A stretch of 64,000 nt of DNA, from the NCBI GenBank assembly GCA_013265495.1, contig MU057930.1, positions 319,599 through 383,598 on the forward strand, given 5' to 3'. The notes under the pieces were generated by a model. That model was not told the origin of the DNA and did no database searches. It saw only the letters and a program-made list of their open reading frames with translations. Shown here one piece after another: positions 12,366 to 23,700 of the stretch (position 1 is the stretch's first letter; every line of letters begins with the position of its first letter). This DNA is from Vicugna vicugna. Its lineage: Eukaryota. The translations under genes were made by a program, and so were the position numbers.

Positions 12366-13665
12366 ATCCTAATGGGGTTTAGTGTTGGCGGTGTCCTCTT
12401 AGCCGTTTAAAAATTTCTTCTGTCACTTCTCAAGCCTGAATTGGGTCAGTGTGAGATGTGGAATCCTGTGCGGGGGTTCCCCAAGATCGAGAGGTCTGAG
12501 TGGGGCCAAAACGGTTTTCATAATGATGTGAAGAACTCGTTGGTGTTTTTTTTAAACTGTGTTGAGGTTGGCACGGGTGCACACCTGAGCTCTCTGGGAC
12601 TCCTCCCCGCTGACTCCCCAGGTAGCATTTCCGCAGCAGGAAGCCCAGTTCCTGCAGAAGAGCAATGTCCTCACCTCCTGTCGGTCTATGTCCCCCAGAC
12701 CCTTGATCACCCAGGAGAAGGTCCACCAGATGGGAGAGTCCGTGGTGTAACTGCTGCTTTCCCCCGCCCCCTTATTCTTACATTCCCCTTTGGTCCCAGC
12801 CAGTGGTTGCCTCCTCCCTGAGGACTTCATCTGGCCGGCTTCTCTCTCCCTCTACAACTCTCCATGGCTCACGTGGCTTCCACGGCAACTCGCCTACTCA
12901 TGCATACATGCACCGGCACGGTCATTAATTGAATGAACCAGTCATGCAGGCATGCCTTCTCTTGCTCATGTATTCGTTCATGCATCTCACTCGTTCCCAT
13001 TCAGTGCTTCCTAGGTTCCCGTCTCCCCTCCCTCAAGCCCGTATTCGCATAGCCACCTCCCTGGTCACTCGTCCATCCGTGCATTTATGCCGCATTCACT
13101 CACCCACGCACAACTTCATTCATTCATTCATTCATTCATTCGCGCCGTCACGCATGCACGCGTCAATCCGCAGGCACCCATGCGCGTTTCATGCCGTCCT
13201 CGTTGCACGCGCGGACCCCTCCCTTGGGTCTTCTGTGGACCCGCTCACCCAGGCGCCCACACACTCACGCGCGCACCCCTCCGCGCGCTCCCTCGTTGGC
13301 TGGCGCCTCTCGTCACAGCCGAGGGGCCGCCCCGAGGTTTAGCGCCAGCCCCCCGCTCCGGCCCCCGCGCCGGCCGCGCCCCCGCCTCGGCTCGCCTGCC
13401 TCCGGGGAGACCACGCTCGGCGCCGTCCCGCCCCGGCGTCTCCAGCGCGGCCTGGTCCGGGCGGCGCGCTGCCCCGGGGCCCGGCCCGAGAGGCCAGCGC
13501 AAACATTTGCTCTGGGGCCGGCGGTTAAAGGTGAACTGGCCACGCGGAGAGGCTCGGACGCCTGGATGCGGCGGGGCGGGGCCCCGGGGCCCGGGGCGTT
13601 GCGGGGGGGGCGCCAGGCGGCCGCGGGCCTCCCCGCCTCCGGCTCCGGGCCCGGGAGCCGGGCAG

Positions 13666-14243
13666 NNNNNNNNNNNNNNNNNNNNNNNNNNNNNNNNNNN
13701 NNNNNNNNNNNNNNNNNNNNNNNNNNNNNNNNNNNNNNNNNNNNNNNNNNNNNNNNNNNNNNNNNNNNNNNNNNNNNNNNNNNNNNNNNNNNNNNNNNNN
13801 NNNNNNNNNNNNNNNNNNNNNNNNNNNNNNNNNNNNNNNNNNNNNNNNNNNNNNNNNNNNNNNNNNNNNNNNNNNNNNNNNNNNNNNNNNNNNNNNNNNN
13901 NNNNNNNNNNNNNNNNNNNNNNNNNNNNNNNNNNNNNNNNNNNNNNNNNNNNNNNNNNNNNNNNNNNNNNNNNNNNNNNNNNNNNNNNNNNNNNNNNNNN
14001 NNNNNNNNNNNNNNNNNNNNNNNNNNNNNNNNNNNNNNNNNNNNNNNNNNNNNNNNNNNNNNNNNNNNNNNNNNNNNNNNNNNNNNNNNNNNNNNNNNNN
14101 NNNNNNNNNNNNNNNNNNNNNNNNNNNNNNNNNNNNNNNNNNNNNNNNNNNNNNNNNNNNNNNNNNNNNNNNNNNNNNNNNNNNNNNNNNNNNNNNNNNN
14201 NNNNNNNNNNNNNNNNNNNNNNNNNNNNNNNNNNNNNNNNNNN
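13666..14243. other. Assembly gap (578 N)
   Basis: Run of N inside the CpG island. Confidence 1.
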
Positions 14244-14511
14244 GGGGGGCGCTGCGGGGCCTCGGGGGACACTCGGGCGGCCAGGGCTGCCCCGGGGCGC
14301 GGGGATGTGTGGTGAGGGGCAGCTGGGGCGCAGCGGGGTCTCAGGTGATTCCAGGTAGGGGAGCAGGTAGGGGGAGCCGGGTCGGAGGACAGAGGCTGCC
14401 CGCGCGCGCGGGGAAGGAGGAGGGCCGGGGTTGAGCGCGGTGGGGGCGCAGGGCGGTGCAGGGCGCGGGCTGCAGCCGCGGGGCTCTGGAATGCCGCGCT
14501 GTCTCCCGCAG

Positions 14512-14645
14512 GCCTGGAACTACGCGGGTCCCCCGGACACAGCGCCTCTGCTGGGCCTGGCTCCCGGCCGGAGAGTCCCCCCGCCGCGCGCCGGCACACT
14601 CGGCCCCTCGGTGCCCACTGAGCGCTGGGCCTCAGACCATGCCGG
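14512..14645 (+). CDS. GYG2: GYG2 start-codon exon: 5'UTR 14512-14638, coding 14639-14645 (ATG CCG G)
   Basis: Acceptor gtctcccgcag| at 14510-14511, Kozak-like gaccATGc, donor G|gtgagt. The 7 coding nt (phase 1) join the next exon to give MPVSDQAF. Confidence 0.82.
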
Positions 14646-17600
14646 GTGAGTCCGTGAATACTCCTGTGTTCTGCCTCCCTGTTCCTGCTGGCACCAGGGA
14701 GGCTGGTGTGCGCTGGGGGAACCCTTGTGCGCACAAGATGGCCCCAGACCCTTCCTCTCCCAGTGTGTGTCTCCCCAGTATCCCCGCCTGGGGCAGCAGA
14801 GGCTGGTGTCCCCACGTGTGGTTGGAAATGTGGGCCGCTGGGGAGGGAGCGGTCTTTAGTGAGGCCAAGGGCGCTGAGGTTCGGTGATTTTCCTTCCGTG
14901 AAAAGTAGCCCTTGGCAGTCGTGGAGCTGTGTGCGTCTCACTGACACACGGACCCACGGGAAGTTCCTGCCCCCAAAACTCTGGGAGGCCAGATCCTTTC
15001 GTCCTCCCGAGGTCAGACCCCAGGTGTAATTTGTTATTCCAGTGAAGCCCCAGGGTTAATCCCCCAGCAGGGCAGTTGGCCAGGTGGCTGGGACTTCCGC
15101 AAGTCCTTGGCCCCCAAGGGCTGAAATTCAGTCCTGTCTCCCTTGCCCTTGGGTTTTGAGGATGTCAGATTTGGACACGACTTCTGAGGGTAAGGGATGT
15201 GATGGTGAAATGGAACCACCACCCATGGGAAAGGTGCTGGTCCTGTTTTTACCATTAAAAAAAGAATTGGGTTACTTTTTATTAAGACGAACCATTGGTA
15301 CATCACCGAGCAGCTTCCATGCTGTTTTTCCCTGCTCTCTGCCATAGAGAGGAAAATTCTGGGGCAGAGGGGGTCGATTACCTGCCGTATGCTTAAGATT
15401 GTGTTCCGAGGGGAAGCTGAAAGGTCTCTCTGTCCCAGGGAGGGGTTTGGAGATCTCCAGAGTGGAAAGCCACGTTCCCCGCAAACCCACCAGGGCTGGT
15501 ATGACGGTGGCATTCAGCGAGGGACATCAGGACACGTTGCCATCAGCCCTGTGGTGTGCTGCAACAGCCCATCTGGGCTTTCAACACTCTGCAGGAAACA
15601 AAAAATACCTTTGAGCAAAAGAGGAGGGGGAGCGGAGGAAGCCACCAATGTTATTTCATTTTCTTTATTTATTTTTGGGGTGTGGAGGTTGGAAGACGGG
15701 TGGCACAGAGAGGACAGGAGAGGAACAGAAAGGAACATTTCTTCCCAGATCCGTCATAAAAGTGTCTGCCACCTCAGACTTCAGGATGAACTTGGTTTTG
15801 CGAAAAAAACATTTTTTTTTTTCAACTGGGGGTTGGAGTTTCGCCACTCCACACCGGTGCCAAATGTCCTCTCCCCAGCGCCGGTGTTGAGTGCAAACTC
15901 AGCCTTTAAACGTGGGAGACTTGGATCATGGTGGCTGTTCTTTGATGCCAGACTGGGTTGTTGAGTGTTTCTCAGTGGTAAGATTATGTGAGATTTGAAG
16001 ACCTATCCGTGAAGTTTTGGCATTAAAAATCCACTGGCCGGTCTTTGCGCTGGCGAGGGAGAGGTTATGCATCGTGATGGTGCAACGTCCCGCATGGGCC
16101 CCTGGGGACCAGCCTTCGGAGGCGTGTGTCTTTCTGACAAAACATGAGGCTGAGTCTTGGGGTTACTGGAGACAGAGGAGACCTTGTGAGGTTAATATGA
16201 CTTGTAATCCATCTGAAGCGAAAGGGAAGTCCAGTGGTTGCACAAAACCCACCACGTAGACTCGGCCCAGTCTCTCCTCCGCAGCAATCAGAAGCTCTGG
16301 ACAATTGCCTGTCCCATTGTGGTCCACCCTCCCTCCCTCCCCACGCCTCAGCCATCGGAGTCCCCAGGGACCTCCCGGAGGCTGGGCCTCAGTCCACAGG
16401 CCGTGGTGCTTCCCTCTGCCCGCCCCCAGGACCTCTCCGCTTCCCTCTGCCTTAGACGTTGCCGTTTCTTGTGCCGAGACAGCCGATGTGGCTACGGGAA
16501 ATGGGTCAGAAGCACGAGATGGTTGGACATGTCATTGTTCTGGTGTCTGGTTTTATAACTCCCCAGTGAGTGAACTCTTCCCTTGGCTCTGTTGGGAGTT
16601 CTCTTTAAGGAGATCCAGTCCAAGTGGGTTCGGTTTGACCTCTGTAGACAGTTCAGTGGTGTGACTGTCAGGCATGGGGAAAGGTGGTTTCTCGGCGTGA
16701 CCAGGGCTGCTCCACGCGGAGCCAAGACTCCAGGGATCTCTGGGTGATCGCCATGCCTCCTTGCCCTGAGTGAGCACGGCGGGACTGCGCCTGCGCTCCC
16801 AGTCACTGCGTTAGCTACCAGGCTGCCCGGACAAATCTCACAGCTGGGCGGCTTGCACGGCACACATTCATGTCTCCGGTCCTGGAGGCTGGGATCTGAG
16901 GTCAGGGTGTGAGCAGGGCCGGTGTCTCCTGCGCCCTCTCCCCTTGGTGTGTGGACGGCCATCTCCTCCCTGGGTCCTCACATGGGCGTCCCTCTGCATG
17001 TGTCTGGGTCCTGATCTTCTCCTGTAAGGACGTGCATCCTGTTCAGTTAGGGTCTACCTAGAGACCTCATTTTAACTTACCTCTTTAAAGACCGCATCTC
17101 CAGATGCAGTCACTTTGAGGTCCTGGGGGTTAGGCTTCAACAGATGCATTTTGGCATCTGATTAGAGCAGTTACGTTTATTTCCTTATGGAGAGCTACAA
17201 AGCCAGTGTATGCAGTTACTGGGTTTTGATGACTTTACCATTTTGACTAGATAGCACCCCGTCCCTTGCTTCGGGCCGACTCAGTGCACCCTCCTCTTCT
17301 CGGGATGGCCAGCGGTCAGTGGGTGGTCCGTCTTGGTCCTTGGTGTCTCTTGTCACTGGGAGCTCTCCAGAGGACCCCGGTCTTAGCTCCCATCCAGACC
17401 TCTTTCTTGGATATCTCCACCTGGACGTCCCCCCGCACCTCAAACTCCTTGTGACAGAACTAATTAAGTCCTTGCATTTTCTGTCAGATTATTGTCTTCT
17501 CCCAATTTGCTGCAATAATATCCATGTCCCTGGAGACTCAACATTATGTCATTATAAACCTGTTATTTAAAAAACAGAAAAACTGGATAGATGAGACATG

Positions 17601-20600
17601 ATAGTTGATTGATAGAGAGATAGGCAGATGATAGGTGGGTAAGTAGATAGATTGATAGATTGATTAGATGGATGGATGGATCGATGGATAGATTAGATGG
17701 ATGGATGGATAGATAGATTAGATGGGTAGATAGATTCATAGACTGGTTAGATGGATGCATGGATAGATAAAAGGGATAGATTAGATGGATGGATAGACAG
17801 ATAAGATGGATGAATAGATAGATAAATAGATGGATAGATAGATGCATAGATAGGTAGATAGACAGACAGACAGATATCTTTTGGGCTGCAGACTTGAGTT
17901 CTGAAGGTGGCTTTGTAATACTGAACTTAAGGTTGAAATGCCAAGAATTCTCATCCCTTCTTCACCCAAGAATAAACCCAGCAACGTGTGGACAGGAGCC
18001 CGTTGTGGCAGGCGCACTTGGTAGCTCAGTCCAATGGGCTGTGAAGGGTAAGACGTCAGCGCCAGGAAAGCAGGTCCCGGGAAGCTTCTGTTCCTCCTGT
18101 TCCGTTGGGTGACCGTGTCTCTTGGCCTCAGTCTGAGCACGTCTCCCGGGCAGGGCACAGTGGCCCAGAGGGGAGGACACGCTGGCCTTTGAGAACTGAG
18201 GTCTGTGTGTCCTGGCCCTGAGTGACACCCTGCGAATTTTAATTTCTTGAGACAGCACGGGAGCCGGGACCAGGCGGGATTTCTTGGTCGTGTTGATTTT
18301 TACCGTGGCAACCAGCTCTTGGAGGCGCCAGAATCAAACTGTTTTAAAGTCCCTGTGAAAGTCAGTGGATGCTGGGAATTGTAACTCAACTATACTTCAA
18401 ATAAAATAAAAAAAAATACATAAAGACCATCCACTCACCACGGATAACATACAAGCAGTTAGGTTACAAGACAAACTGTCATGACAGATGAACCCGGCGT
18501 GGTCGTTTAAGAAAAATCAAAGTAGGAAAGGAAAAACTCCAGCTGTTTGCAACCAGACGTTTCTGTACACTACAGACATCCTAAAGAATGAAAAGATTGG
18601 ACACATTTCAAGGCTTTTTCCCCCCCTCTTTTTATTTATTTATTTTTTATCATCCCGTTTATTTTAATTTTTTCGAGGGAGGTAATTATGTTTATTTGTT
18701 TGTTGTTAATGGCGGTGCTGGGGATGGAACCCAGGACCTCATGCATGCTAAGTAGGAATTTTTTTTTTAATTGACGTTGAGTTGATCTATAGTGTCGTGT
18801 TAGCTTCAGGTGTACGGCAAAGTGGTTCCGTTACACATACATCTGGCTGTATCTATATTCTTAAAATTCTTTTCTGTTATGCGTTATTCCGAGATACTGA
18901 ACGTAGCTCCCGGCGTTTATCTTTTGTATACATGGTAGTTTGGCACCTGCTAATCCGCGCCGGGAAATTTTAATCCTGCTCTGCTTTTGTTGGCTCCGCT
19001 TTCCTCTCACTTGCCCTGTGCGTGGTGTGGCTTCCTGTTTTGTTTTAAAATGAAGGGTGTCCATGATGCACGTCTGTAGAACACCGGACAGGTGCTCGGT
19101 GTGCGTTACGCAGCTTCACAGAGGCAGAGGGGACGGTCTGCCCCGCCGTCCCAGGAGCCCCGTCGGGAACATAGCCCCGTATTTACTTATTTGTTTGTTT
19201 GTTTTTGTTTGTTTAATCCACGCCCGCAGTGTCTGACCAAGCGTTTGTCACGTTGGCCACCAACGACATGTACTGCCAGGGGGCCCTGGTGCTGGGGCAG
19301 TCCCTGCGGAACCACAGGACGACCCGGAAGCTGGTGGTGCTGATCACGCCTCAGGTATCCAGGCTGCTCAGGTGAGACGCGGGCACGGCCCCCTGATCCT
19401 TCCTCCTGGAGAAGCAGGTCCCCTGCGCTGCAGGAGCTTCTGAGAATTGTCCTTGGGCTGGACCCCGGGCCGGCCAGCATGCAAAGTACCCCCTGATCAT
19501 TGTGCTTAGAAGGAGCGGGGTGGGTCTGCCACGGTGCGTGGTTGACTTCCAGAAAATAACTTCAGTTATTTTTTGGGGGGGTTGGGAACTTTGAGAAGCA
19601 GCTGTCCTGAAAGTGAAAGATTGAAGCCTGCAAGTCATAGAACTTCACATCGGTCTCTGTGACCTCTTCCCATGGGTGGACTGGGTTTCTGTTTCCTCTG
19701 CAGTGTGTGTCCTCTGTCTCATGTTTTCCCACAAAGGTGTGAGGAGGTTATTGTGGCCGGCGGTGCATGGCTGTCCTGCTGCTCTGTGGAATGCACATCT
19801 GGGTGCACACAGACGGCTTTGTTTCTCTTGATGGCATAAAAAACAAAGGCTGGGAAGGGAGGGTATAGCTTAGTGGTAGAGAGCGTGCTTAGCATGCATG
19901 AGGTCCTGGGTTCAATCCCCAGTCCCTCCATTAAAAACAACAAAAACAAAAAATAAGAATAATTAATAAATAAACCTCATTACCCCTCCCTCCCCAAAAA
20001 GAGAGGCTGGATGTAGGGAATCAGCCAGGGAGAGGAGTTCCATCACCCAGGTGGGACGAGGGGCTGGCCAGGTGACAGGAGACAGATGAGCATCAATAAC
20101 AGAGGTGTCCTTGTTGGTGGAACTGTAGTTTGGTGCAGCCACAATGGAGGACAGTATGGAGATTCCTCAAAAAACTAAAAAGAGACTTACTGTATGATCC
20201 AGCAATCCCACTCCTGGGCGTATACCTGGATTCCTCAAACTAATTTGAAAAGACACCTGCACCTCAGTGTTCCCAGCAGCACTATTTACAATCGCCAAGA
20301 CAGGGAAGCACCCTAAATGTCCATTGACAGATGACTGGATAAAGAAGATGTGGTATATTTATACAATGGAATACTACTCAGGCATGAAAAAGAATAAAAC
20401 AATGCCATTTGCAGCAACATGGGTGGACCTGGAGATGATCATTCTAAGTGAAGTAAGCCAGGAAGAGAAAGACAAATATACGATGTCACTTATATGTGGA
20501 ATCTAAAAAACCTAATAAAATGAATTTATTTACAAAATAGACACAGACTCATTGACATAGAAAACAAACTTATCGTGACCAAAGGGGAAAGTGGAGGAGA

Positions 20601-20739
20601 GGGATAAATTAGGAGTTTGGGATTAGCAGATACAAACTACTGCATATAAAATAGATACACAGCAAGGTCCTACTGTCCAGCACAGGGAACCAGTCAATAT
20701 CTTGTAATAACCTATAATGGAAAATTTTATATATATATG

Positions 20740-20784
<45 letters not shown>

Positions 20785-23700
20785 ATATATATATAAACTC
20801 TCAGTTTATCCCTCCCCCCCTTTCCCTTTTGGTCACCATAAGTTTGTTTTCTTTGTCTCTCGAGTCTGTCTCTATAACAGTCTATAATGAAAAAGAATGC
20901 ATATTTATGTGTATGACGGAATCACTATGCTCTACACCAGAAATGAACACAACATTATAAATCAAATCTACTTCAATTAAAAAAAAAAGAACAGAGGTGT
21001 CCTGCTGACCACATTGTCTGGGTCCCGAGACCTGAGTCTCTGGGACAGGCTGATGGTAGTGCAAACGGCAGGTGCTTTGGTGGGACCCCGAGAGCTTCTT
21101 ACACGTACTCAGCGAAAGCTCGTGACCCCTCATGGATTGGGGGGGTCCTACTGACTCCTTCCTCCCTTTCCCGAGACCCCAGGGGCAGGACCCCAGCTTG
21201 CTAGAGTCCCTGCCCCTCAGCATTGCACCTACTACCGGTGATGAGAGACTGTGAGTCCTCCTTAGGTCCGTGGGTGTGAGGGTCTGAGGAGCGAGAGGGG
21301 AGACCCTGGCGTGGAGGGACTGCAGGACACGGTGCTCAAGCGCAGTCTGAGTGCGTCACCCCACTGGCACTGGGTCGATCCACACTGCAGCAAGCAAAAG
21401 CCTCATGTTAGTGGCAAATAATGGTTGCAGATGTGTTTATGAAACTATGCACATTTAAAAGAATCTGTATTACCCAATAGTATTTATTTCATAAAGGATG
21501 GACAGCAAGGTATTGGGTAACTCCCAAAGGAAAGCAAAAAGCAGAGGCCATGTTTTCCGAGTATCAGAATTCAGGCAAAGGGTGCTAGGTCACTGTACAG
21601 TTCACATTTTGGATATGCTGGTAATGACTGTTTATGGACCAAGTGATCGTTAGATAAAGCATATAAACTAGACCTGTTGGATACACCTGAAGATGGAAAG
21701 AATGCTGTTGGGAAATTCTTTTTATACAGTCCTCCTACTCTGTAATTCACAGATAAAGCAAACATGCAAGTGAATTCATCTGATGAATGATGTATAAAGT
21801 AACTCTTAAATGCTACGCATTACACAAACAATATGCTTTTCTCTGATCCACCACAGACCGCTTAAAAAATTGATTTTGCATTAATGGTACAAGGAGGCTT
21901 GTAATATGTTACCTGGAGCAAGAATTGAGTGTTAAATTCTTTGAATATAGTATAAGTAAACCTAGATGTTAATAGTGAAATTTAACCAAAAGAAAAAAAA
22001 CAAAAAGAGTGTTCCATGGGACACTTTAAACCAGAAATTCTCTCCTAAATAACTTGATAAGTGAGCCAGTGAAAGTTGGAATTATATGCTATTTTAAAAA
22101 CAATTTTGCTGTGAATACTACCTGTACAAACCAAAGGGGACAGCTGGAGTGATCCAAGAAAGAAAAATTAAAATCAGTGAAGAAATTATCCAGTTCAAAC
22201 ATTTAAAACAAACAAACAAAAAAAACCCAGTATATGCAAGACAAGCAGGAGGAAGAAATTCATAAAGGAAAAAACAAAAAATAATAATTAGGAACAAGAA
22301 AAAAAGTCCAGTTGTTGGATTACTTAAAAATAAACCTTCAATCAGAGAAGACACAAATATACAAAATTAAACTTAAAAAGTACTCATTTGGATGCAACTT
22401 AAATTTTTTTAAATTTATTTTTATTGATTTATTTTTTAATTGAAGTAGAGTTGATTTACAATATTGTGTTAATTTCAGGTGTACAGCAAAGTGATTTGGT
22501 TATATATAGTTTTTTTTTTTTAAGATTCTTTTGCATTATAGGAAAAGGTTATTTCCATTAGGTTATGACAGAATTTTGAATATAGTTCCCTGTGCTGTAC
22601 AGTAGGTCCTTGTTGTTTATCTGTTTTATGTACAGTAGTGTGTATTTGCAAATCCTAAACTCCTAATTTATCCCTCCCCCTTTTCCCCTCTGGTAACCAT
22701 AAATTTGTTTTCTGTGTCTGAGTCTGTTTCTGTTTTGTAAATAAGTTCATTTGTGTTACTTTTTATATTCCACATTTAGGTGATGTCATGTGATATTTGT
22801 CTTTCTCTGTCTGACTTACTTCACTTGGTATGATCATCTCTAGGTCCAACCATGTTGCTGCAAATGGCATTATTTCATTCTTTTTTCATGGCTGAGTAGT
22901 ATTCCATTGTATATATACACCACATCTTCTTTATCCAGTCATTTGTTGATGAACATTTAGGTTGTTTCCATGTCTTGGCTATTCTAAATAACGCTGGTAT
23001 GAACAGTGGGGTGCATGTATCTTTTCAAATTAGAGTTTTCTCTTTCTAGATATAATCCCAGGAGTGGGATTGCTAGGTCATACTGTAAGTCTCCTTTTAG
23101 TTTTTTTTTAATGGCTGAGTAATATGACTTTGACATTTCTGAAGAGTAGTTGTCAACGGTTTCATAGAGTGCCTTTTGGCTTGCGTTTTTCCAGTGTTTT
23201 CTCGTGGTCCAATTAAGGTTATACATTTTTGGCTAAAAAAAAAAAATCCTCAGAAGTAAAGTACTTTTTTCAGTGCATCGTATTTCAGAGTGTGTGATGT
23301 TGCTGTGTCTAGCTATTGGTCATAAAACCTTAGTCATATCTCCCCTGTAAAATTGTTATTTTTCTCTTTGTGATTGATAAGTATCTTGGGGGAGGTACTT
23401 TTAGACCATGAAAACATGCTCTTTCTCCTCAAAACCTTTACCCATTGATTTTAGGGTCCATTAGCGAGTCTAGTGATGTTTGTCTAATGGTGATTTTTCT
23501 GTTTTGCTCATTCCTTCTATATTTATCACTTGGGATTGTTCTGTGCGGAAGAGCTGCCCCTTTCCCCCATTTACTGATTTATTCAATTGTGATATCAGTA
23601 TGGATTCACAAATATTCATTTTATACTTTGAGTTTCTTATTTGTTTTCTTGCCCAAATTGCTTCAGTGTTGGCTGCTGGGAGCTCCTCCTGATTGGCTTC

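Larger units (their letters stand above)
13150..14660. promoter_or_regulatory. CpG island / GYG2 promoter and 5' region
   Basis: Very GC- and CpG-rich sequence with GC boxes (ggggcgggg, ccgccc) on both sides of the N gap, ending at the GYG2 ATG exon. Confidence 0.85.

Noticed and set aside
13087..14947. Long ORFs of 374-544 aa across the CpG island
   Set aside because: They run through 578 N and GC-rich, stop-poor sequence, with no recognisable protein.
19854..19930. tRNA-Ala-like sequence with A and B boxes (also 31478-31550)
   Set aside because: Followed by the SINE body and A-rich tail, and present as several diverged copies; these are SINE heads, not tRNA genes.
21470..21520. 10-bp inverted repeat ttacccaata / tattgggtaa with a 31-nt loop
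   Set aside because: A few such stems are expected by chance in 64 kb; no further pairing or RNA-gene features.
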